In this document: positions 25,802 through 35,396 of the stretch, one piece after another
Layout: every line of letters begins with the position of its first letter
Numbering within the stretch: position 1 is the stretch's first letter
From: Planctomycetota bacterium
GTDB lineage: Bacteria > Planctomycetota > UBA1135 > GCA-002748355
DNA length: 64,000 nucleotides
Reading direction: 5' to 3'
Assembly: GCA_002685965.1 (NCBI GenBank)
Contig: NYZE01000058.1
Coordinates: 3,458 to 67,457 of the forward strand
Position numbers and translations under genes: made by a program
The notes under the pieces: generated by a model
What the model saw: the letters and a program-made list of their open reading frames with translations, nothing else
The model's database searches: none
What the model was told of the DNA's origin: nothing

Positions 25802-27802
25802 ATGAAGACTTGGTACGTCATCCCGGTCACGATCTTCCTCCTACTCGCCGCAGGCGGCGCCTACTACGCCTTCTCGGGATCCAAGACCGACACCGACGCC
25901 CTCGAGGACCCGCTGACAAACATCGAGTCCTCCAAGGAGGGCGACGATGTGGCCAATACTGGTCCCGTCACGGAGGTTCCAGGCCGCACCGCACGCGTCG
26001 ACTCACCGACTCGCGTCGAAGTCAAGACACCGCAAAACACCTACCCGCAGGGCATCGAAGGGCACGTCGTCTCGAGCACCGGCGGCAACGTCAAGGGTGC
26101 CGAGGTCTACCTCCTGCACGGGGTCTCGCCGACCAACATGCTGCAGCAACTCGTCGCCTTGAGCCGCGCCGGCCGCAAGCTGCGAGCCCGCATCGCCGCC
26201 AACTGCACAACCGGAGACGCCGGGACGTTCAAACTCCAGGCTCCCGTGACGGAAGGCGCTGCGGGCTTCGAGTTGCGCATCCGCGCACCCCAGCACATCG
26301 TCCACAAGCACACCCTGCGCATCCTTCCTAACCGCTGGGAGAAGCTCGGGGTCATCAAGCTGCAACGCGGCCGCACCCTGACCGGCTCCGTCCGCGACGC
26401 CATCACCAAGGCCCCTATCGTCGGCGCGCTCGTCCGCGCGACGGTGGCCGGTTTCAGCATCGTCGTACCAACCCCAGGCAGGGAGGACGGCATCGAGACC
26501 ACGAGCAACGAGAGCGGCAGCTACACGCTTGCGGGCTTGCCCGACGGCGCAATCGAACTCTCCGCCTTCGCCAAGGAGTATGGGACGTTCCGCGAGCAGA
26601 ACATCGTCTTCGAGACGGGCACGCGGACGCAGACCAAGAACATCGAGTTGCCCAAGGGCTACTCGATCTCCGGCTGGGTCACCGACGCTGACGGTAACCC
26701 GATCTCCCGGTCGAGGGTCGAAGCGACGCCGATGATGGGCGCCGTGTCGACACCTGGCCACGCATACACTGACAAGGATGGTCAGTTCGACCTGCTCGGC
26801 CTCGCCATGGGCGAGTACATCGTGAGCGCACGCGCTGTCGGCTTTGCCCGCAACGAGGTCAAGCCGGTCAAAGCAGGTAAGCGCGAGGTGCACGTCGCAC
26901 TCGAGCGACAGGGCAAGATCAAGGTGCGAGTCCTCGCCCGGAGCGGACGCCCAGTCAAGAGCTACCGCGTCGAGGTGAAGACCTACTTCCCGGGCAAAGC
27001 CACCACCTACGGTCGCTCCACGGTTCCACCCATCGAGGTCCGCGGCGCCCCCAACGGTGAACGCCTGATCGCGGGCATCGATGCCGGCACCTACTTGTTG
27101 CAGGTCACGGCCATCCGCTTCGCGAAGACCTACAGCGACCACTTCACGGTCCCGGAAGGCCAGGTCGACCCCATCTCGGTTGCAGTGACCATGAACCAGG
27201 GAGGCATCATCTCGGGCGTCGTCACCGACGAGGCGGGCACTCCCATCCCAGGTGTCTCGGTCTACACGCTCGACGACGCCTATCAAGACAACCCGATCTT
27301 CGAGATCTTCAAGGGCTTGGCACCGCCCAAGGTGACCGAGACCACCACCGTCACGAAGAAGAGCGGGCAGTTTCGCATCGCGCTCCTGACGCCTGCGAAG
27401 TACCAGCTGCGCATCGACCATCCTTCGTTCGCGCGGACCTACAAGAAGAACATCGACGTCCGCGAAGGCCAGCAAGCCGACGTCGGACGCATCAAGCTGA
27501 CCACCGGCGGCCGCGTCCGCGGCGTCGTCTACGTCGATGGCCTGCCCAAGCCCGGCGCCAAGGTCACGATCAGCAGTAGCGCTGTCACCAACGGTCAGGG
27601 CGTCTACGAGACCACCTTCACCGGCAAGAAGGGGAAGTTCGAATTCGGCCGCATGCTGCCCGCCGGCCAATACGAAGTGCAAGCCACGCGCACCGACTAT
27701 CCCAACCCCCTGCTCGCCATCGCGGACATCCAGAAGAGCCGCAGGGTCATCACGGTAGGCAAGGGCGTACAGTCAGTGACCATCCAGCTCAAGTCCCGCT
27801 AG
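25802..27802 (+). CDS. Membrane-anchored protein with tandem carboxypeptidase-regulatory-like (CarboxypepD_reg) Ig-like domains
   Basis: ATG 25802 gives the MKTWYVIPVTIFLLLAAGGAYYAF anchor; the listed 25724 start is TTG. About 6 repeats of the G.V.D..G.P..GA.V....(Y.L..L..G.Y) type, e.g. ISGWVTDADGNPISRSRVEA, ISGVVTDEAGTPIPGVSVY, VRGVVYVDGLPKPGAKVTI. Confidence 0.85.
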   Translation: MKTWYVIPVTIFLLLAAGGAYYAFSGSKTDTDALEDPLTNIESSKEGDDVANTGPVTEVPGRTARVDSPTRVEVKTPQNTYPQGIEGHVVSSTGGNVKGAEVYLLHGVSPTNMLQQLVALSRAGRKLRARIAANCTTGDAGTFKLQAPVTEGAAGFELRIRAPQHIVHKHTLRILPNRWEKLGVIKLQRGRTLTGSVRDAITKAPIVGALVRATVAGFSIVVPTPGREDGIETTSNESGSYTLAGLPDGAIELSAFAKEYGTFREQNIVFETGTRTQTKNIELPKGYSISGWVTDADGNPISRSRVEATPMMGAVSTPGHAYTDKDGQFDLLGLAMGEYIVSARAVGFARNEVKPVKAGKREVHVALERQGKIKVRVLARSGRPVKSYRVEVKTYFPGKATTYGRSTVPPIEVRGAPNGERLIAGIDAGTYLLQVTAIRFAKTYSDHFTVPEGQVDPISVAVTMNQGGIISGVVTDEAGTPIPGVSVYTLDDAYQDNPIFEIFKGLAPPKVTETTTVTKKSGQFRIALLTPAKYQLRIDHPSFARTYKKNIDVREGQQADVGRIKLTTGGRVRGVVYVDGLPKPGAKVTISSSAVTNGQGVYETTFTGKKGKFEFGRMLPAGQYEVQATRTDYPNPLLAIADIQKSRRVITVGKGVQSVTIQLKSR

Positions 27803-27836
27803 CAGCAGCACCGCAGGGCACAAGCCTGGCCCTCCT

Positions 27837-29531
27837 TCACGCCAGCGGTGAATGCTCCTGCACTACCGGCGCCTTCGGCAGCCGCACAGCGAAGGTCGTG
27901 CCTTCGCCTACCGTGCTTTCCAGGTCGATGGCCCCGCCGTGACCACGCACCAGCTGATGGACGATGTAGAGGCCGAGTCCGGTGCCCGAGACGCCCTGCG
28001 TGTTGGCGCCCCGCTTGAACTTCTGCCAGATCGTGAGCTGGTCCGGCTCGGGGATGCCAATGCCGTTGTCGGCAACACGTAGCACCCAAGCACCGTGTTC
28101 TTCCCGCCCGGAGATCCTGATCAGCCCCTCCCTGTTCGGATCGCGGTAGTTCACGGCATTGCCGATCAGGTTCATGAAGACCTTCTGCAGCGCGCTCTCA
28201 TCGCCGCAGACCACTGGCAGCGGGTCGACGCGCACACGGACCGACTGATCTTCGAGGTGGTGACGCAGCCGGCGGACCAGCGCGCCGATGAGCAGCGTCA
28301 TGTCGACCTCCCGGAAGTCGAACTCCTGGCCGTCGTAGTCGAGCCGCGAGGAGTCGAGGATGTCCGAGATCAGGTCCTCCATGTAGCGCACGGACTCGGC
28401 GCAGTTCTGGACCGCGTCGGTCTGCTTGGCGTTGAGTTCGCCCAAGCGCCCCTGGTGCATGAGACTGATGACGGTCTTGAACACGGTGAGGGGCTTCTTG
28501 AGGTCGTGCGAGACCAACTGATTGACCTCGACCAGCTCTCGGTTCTTCTTCTCGAGCAGCTGCTTGTATGCGGCCAGCTCGGCATAGAGCTCCGCCAACT
28601 CGAGATTCGACGAGATGGCCTGACCGAGCAGGCCTGTTGCCTGCTCCTCGATGTCGTAGTCAACAGCCGCAGTCTCCTCGTCTCGATCGCACTGGATCGA
28701 GGCTTCCCTGTCCGGGGATTTCTGATCGACCGACTCCTGGTCGACTGTTTCCTTTGCCTCGAGCGTCGGCGCGCTCGCCTCGGTCAGCACCTCGACGGGC
28801 GCACTGGCATCCTCACCGACCGAGAGGGTCAACAGACCCTGCCCCTGCCAAGCGCCGGCCTCCTCGGCTCCCTGCTGCGCGCCTCGCAGTTTCTCCCGAG
28901 CCTCCTCGGCCACGGATTCTGCGGTGATCTCGCCACGATCAAGGCCGTACTGGCGGACCTTCTCCTCGACCATCGAACCAACGACGTCGACGAACGCGTC
29001 GAACACGCCATCGCCGCGCGTCGCGACACTCTGGTAGGCCGGCACGTCGCGGAACTTGAACAGGTCGCCAAGCTCGTCTGACGGAATCAGCCCCGGCAGA
29101 TCACGCTTGTTGTACTGAATGACCATCGGGATGCTCTTCCAGTCGAGGCCGTTCGCCTCGAGGTTGGCCTTGAGCTCCTCGATCGACTGCAGGTTCTCCT
29201 GGATGCGCTCGGTCCTGCTATCGACGACCAGCACGACCGCGTCCGCGCCTTGCAGCACGTACTTGCGCATGACGACGTACTTCTGCTGCCCGGGAACCGT
29301 GAAACCCTGCACACGGATCTTGAACCCCTCGACCTGGCCGATGTCGATGGGAAGGAAGTCGAAGAGCAGCGTCGAGTCCTGCTCGGTGTTGATCGAGACG
29401 AGCTTCACGTCGTCGCGGGGACACATCACCTGGTGGACGACCTTGAGACTGGTCGTCTTCCCGCCCAGGCCCACCCCGTAGTAGACCAGCTTGGCGTTGA
29501 TCGTCTTTTCGGCGAGGTTGATGAAGCCCAT
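27837..29531 (-). CDS. Fusion protein: MglA-type Ras-like small GTPase (aa 1-190) + acidic linker + coiled coil + histidine kinase core (HisKA + HATPase_c), 564 aa
   Basis: GGAG lies 5 nt before ATG 29531. The N-terminus MGFINLAEKTINAKLVYYGVGLGGKTT...STLLFDFLP...FTVPGQ...QYNKRDL...YQSVATRGDGVFD is collinear with M. xanthus MglA. H-box VSHDLKKPL (His codon 28506-28508), N-box NLIGNAVNY, G1 DNGIGI, G2 GTGLGLYIV. Confidence 0.9.
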   Translation of the reverse strand: MGFINLAEKTINAKLVYYGVGLGGKTTSLKVVHQVMCPRDDVKLVSINTEQDSTLLFDFLPIDIGQVEGFKIRVQGFTVPGQQKYVVMRKYVLQGADAVVLVVDSRTERIQENLQSIEELKANLEANGLDWKSIPMVIQYNKRDLPGLIPSDELGDLFKFRDVPAYQSVATRGDGVFDAFVDVVGSMVEEKVRQYGLDRGEITAESVAEEAREKLRGAQQGAEEAGAWQGQGLLTLSVGEDASAPVEVLTEASAPTLEAKETVDQESVDQKSPDREASIQCDRDEETAAVDYDIEEQATGLLGQAISSNLELAELYAELAAYKQLLEKKNRELVEVNQLVSHDLKKPLTVFKTVISLMHQGRLGELNAKQTDAVQNCAESVRYMEDLISDILDSSRLDYDGQEFDFREVDMTLLIGALVRRLRHHLEDQSVRVRVDPLPVVCGDESALQKVFMNLIGNAVNYRDPNREGLIRISGREEHGAWVLRVADNGIGIPEPDQLTIWQKFKRGANTQGVSGTGLGLYIVHQLVRGHGGAIDLESTVGEGTTFAVRLPKAPVVQEHSPLA

Positions 29532-29671
29532 GGATTCTCCGCGACTCCATGATCGACCAGGCGGGAGTGACAGGTTGAGCAGGCGCTGGGGCACATGAGC
29601 ACTCTGCGACGCTTGGCCCGGCCGGAAGGCGAACATGCCCCCGCGCCCCCGCCCAGAACGGGCCTATCCGA

Positions 29672-31330
29672 TCAGAAGAACTCCCAGAGGAAGTCGTTCA
29701 GCTGGCGCACGAACGCAGGATCCTGCCCCTTGACCTTGAGGAGTCGCTTGAGCTTCATCGCATCGTCCAGCGTCAGGGTTTGGTCGACGTAGGTCAGCAC
29801 CTGAACGCGATCCCGGGTCGGCGCCCCCGTATCAAAGACGATCGCAAGAAGGCGGGCCCTGATGCGCTCCAGCCGCGCCTGGCTCTCTGCATCCGCGCCA
29901 CCGGCGAAGGCGATGTTGGCCAGCGTCTTGAGCAGGTGACTGCGTCGCGCCATGTCCTTGCCGAGCCGCCCATAGGCCGCCCACAACTGCGGTTCGGACT
30001 CGACGATGTTCGCCAACAGCACGGCGGAGTAGGTCACCGAGTCGAACCGGTCGTGAATCATCACCGGCGGCGCGCAAAACTCAGCGATCAGCGCCTCGGT
30101 TGCCTCTGGGCGCCGGAGGCGACCGAGGGTCTGGAGAAACATGCGCCGCCCTCGCCCCTCGGCCCGGTCCAGTCGTGCGATCACCTTCGGCACCACCGCC
30201 GGTTCGCCGATTTCGATCAGCAGACTCAGCGTCGTCCGCAGTTGCGTGCCGACCGCGGTATCGACTGCGGCGACGAGGCGGTTCACTTCGCGGGAACTCC
30301 GGCCACGCAGGCCAACGAGTGCGGCTTGGCGCACGCCGAGGTCCCCGTCGCTTGCCAGGATCTCGAGCGTCGGCACGACCTGGCGCCCGGGGATCTTGGC
30401 AAGAAAGCCCGCGACAGCGAGACGCAGCGGGACGGCGTCCGAGCCGGCAAACTCCTCCACCTCCCTGCGCGACAGTTCCGGTCCGCGCTCGCCGAGCGCG
30501 CTGATCAACACGGCTTGCTGCGCCGGATCCTTTGCCGTTCGTAGGCGTCGCACGAGTTCCTTCCGGCCCTCTTCGCTGCCCGCGATGTGCAACTGCCTCG
30601 CGACGACTTCCTTCGGTCCAGCCGCCCGGGAGCCGAAGAGGTCCATCAATCCGTCGAGCGTGCCCCGAACGACGGCGGCCCGGGGGCGATCCTCGAACGC
30701 GACCAGCACCCGGTAACGCAAGTTGCCCAGATTCGTCGGTGTGACCTCGCCCTGTACGAGCTGCCGCAGGAAACTCGCCGCTGCGCGCGGGTCACCTCGC
30801 CGCGCGACGATCTTGATCACAAGAGCTTGCCGACGCAGATCGATCTCTGCGAACTGTCTCGTCAGGTCTTCGATACTCGCCTGGTCCGCACAACTCTCGA
30901 GCCCGCGCAGCGCCGCTTCGCGCACTGTTCGCTTGGGATGGCGCGAGGCGAGCATGAGCGAGGCAGCGTAGACCGTCTTGCCGGAGCGCTTCATGGCCTC
31001 GATGCAGTTGCGCGCCGGCGCCGTCTCCCCCTCCGACAGCAGTTGCTGCTGGAGATAGTCGATCAGTTCTTCAACGACCTCTTCGCCAGGCACTCGACCA
31101 AGCATGGTCTTCGCGAAGTGCCAAGCACGTCGCGTCGTCTGGCCGGGCAACTTATGCACGACACGGCGCAGCGCCTGCGACCTCGTGAACTGCCAGACCT
31201 TCTTTGCTGGCTGTGACGGATCGTCCAGCACGACCGGCGTCACCTCGCGAGCCCCGTCCTGGGCCGGGGCCGCCGAAGCACCTTGGGCAAGCAAGGCAAT
31301 CAGTAGTCCGATCGAGAATGTGGCTGACAT
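29672..31330 (-). CDS. Periplasmic/secreted HEAT-repeat protein
   Basis: ATG 31330 gives the MSATFSIGLLIALLAQGASAAPAQD signal peptide; the listed start is 31381. Repeated HEAT-like helices (e.g. DAVPLRLAVAGFLAKIPGRQVVPTLEILASDGDLGVRQAALVGL). Confidence 0.75.
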   Translation of the reverse strand: MSATFSIGLLIALLAQGASAAPAQDGAREVTPVVLDDPSQPAKKVWQFTRSQALRRVVHKLPGQTTRRAWHFAKTMLGRVPGEEVVEELIDYLQQQLLSEGETAPARNCIEAMKRSGKTVYAASLMLASRHPKRTVREAALRGLESCADQASIEDLTRQFAEIDLRRQALVIKIVARRGDPRAAASFLRQLVQGEVTPTNLGNLRYRVLVAFEDRPRAAVVRGTLDGLMDLFGSRAAGPKEVVARQLHIAGSEEGRKELVRRLRTAKDPAQQAVLISALGERGPELSRREVEEFAGSDAVPLRLAVAGFLAKIPGRQVVPTLEILASDGDLGVRQAALVGLRGRSSREVNRLVAAVDTAVGTQLRTTLSLLIEIGEPAVVPKVIARLDRAEGRGRRMFLQTLGRLRRPEATEALIAEFCAPPVMIHDRFDSVTYSAVLLANIVESEPQLWAAYGRLGKDMARRSHLLKTLANIAFAGGADAESQARLERIRARLLAIVFDTGAPTRDRVQVLTYVDQTLTLDDAMKLKRLLKVKGQDPAFVRQLNDFLWEFF

Positions 31331-31393
31331 GTTTCCGCCTGTATCCCTAACCGACGCCGCCGTCACGCAGACGGGGAGCACGGTCTTTTCCTC

Positions 31394-33097
31394 CTACTTC
31401 TTCGGCTTCTTCCCGCTGCCCGCCCGCGTCGACTCGGGAGCGCTCGTCGGAAGCTTCGACTCCGGCTCCATACGCCCCATCGCGGTGAGCAAATGGAACC
31501 AGGCCATGCGGTAGTCGAGCCGGTCACGAATCAAGCGAGTGCGCGCGTCCTCGAGTTCTTGGTTGCGACGCTGCACTTCGAACTGCGTCTGCGTACCAAG
31601 CTCGAGCCGCTTTTGTTCGGCGTCGAGGTTGCTGACAGCGAGCCGAACGCTCTCGCGCGTCGCGGCGATCCGCTTCTCGAGGGTGCGCAGCGCTCGAACG
31701 CCTTCGCGCACGCCCATGTGGATGTCGACGAGCAAGACCTGTAGACCGCTCTGGGCTTGCTCCACGGCGAGCTTCGACTTGCGGTAGCGGCTCTGCGCGG
31801 CCAGGTTTCCCAGTGGCAACGAGAAGCCGAGCCGGACGACGTAGGCCGGAAAGTCAGACTGCGTTAGATCGCGCTGAAGTTGACCGAACGTGTTGGCCTG
31901 CGCCGCCGAACTGTAGATCGCCGTCAGGTCAAGCCCGGGGAGGAGGTCCCGCCGACTCTGCAGCAGGTCCTGGGTGGCGCTCGCGACCCGCCGACGGCTC
32001 GCTTCCAGGTCTGGCCGATGCTTGCGCGCGTTCTCCAAGGCCTCCTCGAAGGGTGGAATGCGCAACGTAGGGTCCTGGCCCCCCAAATCGTCGGTCGGCA
32101 GGATCACGACGTCCCAGTCTTCGGCTTCTTTGAACGGCAGGACCAGACGTCGCAGCGCGTCCTCCGCGTCGAGGATGGCGACCTCGGCGGTGATCAGGTC
32201 CTCTTCCTTCTTCGAGACGTCCGCTTGATCGGCCACGATGTCGAGCGGCGCCAGATCGCCGAGCTCGATCTTCTTCTCGGTGTTGCGCAGCTGTTCGCGC
32301 GCCAGCTCGAGGCCCTGGTAACGAACCACCCAGTTCTCGCGCGCGAACACGAGCTCGTAGTAGGCGCTGACCACCTGCTCGAGCACCGTCTGCCGCGTGC
32401 GCAGTTGGTCGGAGCGCCGCGCCCGTTCCTCGTGCTTGGCGGCGCGCAAGTCCGCCAGCGTGTAATCGGTCCACGCGCCGCGTAAGAGCGGCTGGCTCAA
32501 CGTGAAGGACACGGCGCCCGAGTAGAACTTGGTAGGGAAGGCGAACGTACTGTTGACCTTCTGGTCCGTGTAACGCGGGTTGAACGCCAACTCGAGGGTG
32601 CCGCCGGTGACCACTCTCTTGCGCAACCCAATCGAGCCGCGGTAGATGGTCGACGTCACGCTCGGCTGAAAGGTGTTCCGCGGCGGCGACTCCGCACGGG
32701 CCCACTCAGCTTCAGCGAACAGCTCAGGTTCGAAGATCGCATCCGCTACGTTGACGTCTTGGGCCGCCTGCAGCACCTGCAGTCGACTCAGCCGCAGGTC
32801 GACGTTCGCCGTGTCTCCGAGCAGGAGACAGTCCGCCAGCCCCAAACGGAGCTTGTCACCATCGCGTCGGTCGGTCGGGATCTTTGGCCGGGCCTGCGCC
32901 GCCGGCGCCTTGCGACCCGCCTCAGGAGTCGGCGTAGCCCGATCCTGCGCCCTGGGAAGGACGGCAAGGGCGGCGCAACTCAGAGCGAGACGAACAGCGA
33001 GCAAGAACACCTCCAAGGGGTCCCTGAGGAAGGGGCCGAGCAGGATAGGGGTGACTCGTCCTGATACGAACTTGCGCCCGCGGTTCTTCCAGATCAT
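31394..33097 (-). CDS. TolC-family outer membrane efflux/channel protein
   Basis: ATG start; hydrophobic N-terminus VFLLAVRLALSCAALAVLPRAQD. Two OEP-type repeats with typical coiled-coil/beta pattern (LADCLLLGDTANVDLRLSRLQVLQAAQDV...; ...LEDARTRLIRDRLDYRMAWFHLLTAMG). Confidence 0.85.
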   Translation of the reverse strand: MIWKNRGRKFVSGRVTPILLGPFLRDPLEVFLLAVRLALSCAALAVLPRAQDRATPTPEAGRKAPAAQARPKIPTDRRDGDKLRLGLADCLLLGDTANVDLRLSRLQVLQAAQDVNVADAIFEPELFAEAEWARAESPPRNTFQPSVTSTIYRGSIGLRKRVVTGGTLELAFNPRYTDQKVNSTFAFPTKFYSGAVSFTLSQPLLRGAWTDYTLADLRAAKHEERARRSDQLRTRQTVLEQVVSAYYELVFARENWVVRYQGLELAREQLRNTEKKIELGDLAPLDIVADQADVSKKEEDLITAEVAILDAEDALRRLVLPFKEAEDWDVVILPTDDLGGQDPTLRIPPFEEALENARKHRPDLEASRRRVASATQDLLQSRRDLLPGLDLTAIYSSAAQANTFGQLQRDLTQSDFPAYVVRLGFSLPLGNLAAQSRYRKSKLAVEQAQSGLQVLLVDIHMGVREGVRALRTLEKRIAATRESVRLAVSNLDAEQKRLELGTQTQFEVQRRNQELEDARTRLIRDRLDYRMAWFHLLTAMGRMEPESKLPTSAPESTRAGSGKKPKK

Positions 33098-33123
33098 CGC
33101 CCGACCTTGCCCCCAAAGGCCTG

Positions 33124-34581
33124 CTAGAGCCCAGGAGCTGTGTAGAGCAACTGCACGAGCAGCAAGCCGGCGCGCTCGGCCGGCGTCTGATCCCGGTAGT
33201 TGGCGGCGAAGTAGCGCAGGCCCTGGTTGAACCGCGCCCAGCCGGCCCCGGGGAAGATACTCCAGGCCAGGAAGTGGACGGCGCGAATGTCGCGACCGAA
33301 CAGATCCGGCTGCAGTGCGTGCCCATGCAAGTTCGCGCGCAACGCGTCGCGGTCGGCGAGGTCCGAGAACGAGAACAGCATCGCTGCATCGGCCGCCACG
33401 CCGCGCGACCCTGGCTCCTTGGACCGCACTTCGTGCAGGTGGTCGTAGATCGCGTTGCGCACCAGAGCCGCCTCACGGGCCGATACACCCAGCGCAGGAG
33501 CGACGCGCAGCAGCAGACCGGCATCAGCGAGGGCACCCAACGGACACGCCCAACGGTTCATCGGCAGCGCCGCCTCGCGCCGCCTCGCCCACACATGCAC
33601 CGGCTCGGGATGGTTGATGACGCTGGCCTCGATCGCGCGCGGGGCCAGCACCGCCGTCGTCACGAGCAGGTGCGCCTGTGACTCGACCAGACGGGTCAGC
33701 TCGGCCGACAGCCGCTCCAAGCGTCCGCCACCGGTGACGTTGGCCACCTCGAGATATGCCGCCAGCGCAGTCGTGAGCTCCGCGCCTTCCAGGCGCGGCA
33801 GGATGCCCTCAAGCCTGCGGAGAGCCAATCGGACCGCCCGGCTATGACGGCCCCGCACCGTCGTCGAACCGGACGCAAGCAGCGCCCTCAACCCGAGCGA
33901 CAAGGCTTCGACACTCGCGTAGTCGGTGGTGACCGACGCCTTCTCCAGGTCCTCCGCCACAACGACAGCCAGCCCCTCGATACGCCGGCGCGTGCGGTCA
34001 TCGGCACCGCCGATGCGCAGCAATCGACGTCGCAACGCCACCTTGCCGCGCTCGTCGTAGAGCACGCGCAAGCGTTGCAGGTCGTTCTCCGATGCGAGCA
34101 CGGCCAGTCGTTCGGCGCGATCGGGCCGCGCCAACAGGGGCGAACTCACCGGCACATCCGGCAAGGGCAAGAAAGCGACACGCCGCTCCAAGGAGTCGTT
34201 CGAGTCGTTGGCCACCACCACGACCGCAGGCACGTTTGCCCGCGCCAGTGCCCGGCGCAGCAAGGGCAAACTGATCAGCAGCAACAATGCGAGCACACTG
34301 AGCGCTGCAAAGACACGGACCGGCCGTGAGTGGCGCAGCAGATACTTGAAGCGGACGGACAAGAGGACGAGCCCCTCGGCCAGGTTCCACGGTCGCAGCG
34401 ACTCGCGATAGCGCATGCGGTGGACGAGCCGGGCCCGCAGCACCGCAGCCGGACGATCGCTCGGCACCGGCGCCTCAAGCCCGCGCAGGCCCTCGAGCAA
34501 TCCACCCAGCGCCGCGAACGGGTCGTCCGTCCAAGCTGCGCTGTCGGTGTCGCTACCGCTGTGTCTTGGGGGCTGGGTCAT
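33124..34581 (-). CDS. Single-pass membrane protein immediately downstream of the ECF sigma gene (candidate anti-sigma/sensor; no recognisable zf-HC2)
   Basis: The ATG lies 6 nt after the sigma stop. A cytoplasmic N-terminus of about 95 aa is followed by a TM (VFAALSVLALLLLISLPLL) and a roughly 370-aa extracytoplasmic helical domain. The function is inferred from position and topology only. Confidence 0.65.
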   Translation of the reverse strand: MTQPPRHSGSDTDSAAWTDDPFAALGGLLEGLRGLEAPVPSDRPAAVLRARLVHRMRYRESLRPWNLAEGLVLLSVRFKYLLRHSRPVRVFAALSVLALLLLISLPLLRRALARANVPAVVVVANDSNDSLERRVAFLPLPDVPVSSPLLARPDRAERLAVLASENDLQRLRVLYDERGKVALRRRLLRIGGADDRTRRRIEGLAVVVAEDLEKASVTTDYASVEALSLGLRALLASGSTTVRGRHSRAVRLALRRLEGILPRLEGAELTTALAAYLEVANVTGGGRLERLSAELTRLVESQAHLLVTTAVLAPRAIEASVINHPEPVHVWARRREAALPMNRWACPLGALADAGLLLRVAPALGVSAREAALVRNAIYDHLHEVRSKEPGSRGVAADAAMLFSFSDLADRDALRANLHGHALQPDLFGRDIRAVHFLAWSIFPGAGWARFNQGLRYFAANYRDQTPAERAGLLLVQLLYTAPGL

Positions 34582-34587
34582 GATCGG

Positions 34588-35349
34588 TCAGGCCGAGAAC
34601 CTCTCGGGCAGGCTGCCTCCGCCTCGCTTCCGCTTGGGCGGTGGTCGTCCGTCGCGCTTGCGCGGACTCTCTTCCTCGTTCTCCTCGTGGTCCGCCGCCT
34701 GCTGCTCGTCCTGACACAGCAAGCGCTTCAATACCTTTGCTGCGTTGTGCATCCGTGATTTCACGGTGCCTTCCGGAATCGCGAGCAGGTCACTGATCTG
34801 CTGGTACGGCAGGTTCTGATAGACGGCCAGCTCGAACACCAATCGGTGCGGCAGCGACAGGCTCTGCAGGGCTTCGCGCAGGCGACGCTTCTCCAACTCC
34901 GCATCCAGCTGGCCGCCGACGTCGACCTCGTCCGCCGGAAGCCGATCGCGCAGCGGGGTCTCATCGTCGAGATCGCCTCGATCGATCGAGTAGAGCCGCG
35001 GCGGCGCCCTGAGGCTGCGATAGTGGTCAATCCACCGGTTGGTCGCGATGCGGAACAGGAAGGTCGACAGCTTGCCGCGTGGCTCATAGGTGGCGGCGCC
35101 GCGCACGACCTTGAGGAAGACGTCCTGGACGAAGTCCTCGGCCCGATCCTGATCCCAGCAGAGCCGGTAGAAGAAGCGGGTCAGGGGCCCTTGGTAGCGG
35201 CCGACGATGGCGTCGAAGGCCGCCCGGTCACCAAGCTGGAAGCTGAGCAGCAGGTCCTCGCTGACTTCCTCCGCGGCTACATGGCTATCCAGGTCCAGCG
35301 AGCGTGGTCTCGCCTGCGAGCCGAGCGCATCCTGCTGAGGTTCTTCCAT
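34588..35349 (-). CDS. ECF-type RNA polymerase sigma-70 family factor with charged C-terminal tail
   Basis: Region 2 (FDAIVGRYQGPLTRFFYRLCWDQDRAEDFVQDVFLKV...LSTFLFRIATNRWIDHYR) and region 4 (LPHRLVFELAVYQNLPYQQISDLLAIPEGTVKSRMHNA) are both present. A ~45-aa acidic-then-basic tail follows. Confidence 0.9.
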   Translation of the reverse strand: MEEPQQDALGSQARPRSLDLDSHVAAEEVSEDLLLSFQLGDRAAFDAIVGRYQGPLTRFFYRLCWDQDRAEDFVQDVFLKVVRGAATYEPRGKLSTFLFRIATNRWIDHYRSLRAPPRLYSIDRGDLDDETPLRDRLPADEVDVGGQLDAELEKRRLREALQSLSLPHRLVFELAVYQNLPYQQISDLLAIPEGTVKSRMHNAAKVLKRLLCQDEQQAADHEENEEESPRKRDGRPPPKRKRGGGSLPERFSA

Positions 35350-35374
35350 GTGCGACCCAGGCCAAAGGACTGAT

Positions 35375-35396
35375 CGTGGTCTACCGTGGTCTACCG
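35375..35396. repeat. Tandem direct 10-mer CGTGGTCTAC x2 (+CG) in the 86-nt leader/promoter region of the ECF sigma gene
   Basis: Read directly: copies at 35375-35384 and 35385-35394. On the sigma-gene strand it reads GTAGACCACG GTAGACCACG, 25-46 nt upstream of ATG 35349. Confidence 0.85.

Noticed and set aside
26003-27682. 559-aa minus-strand ORF
   Set aside because: It is antisense to the CarboxypepD_reg repeat protein, whose repeats and membrane anchor are clear. The antisense product is Asp/Gly/Arg/Ala low complexity.
27803-27836. Bidirectional terminator between the convergent CarboxypepD_reg and MglA-kinase genes
   Set aside because: Only a 5-bp stem (AGGGC/GCCCT) with a 9-nt loop and no T-tract. 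This is too weak to call.
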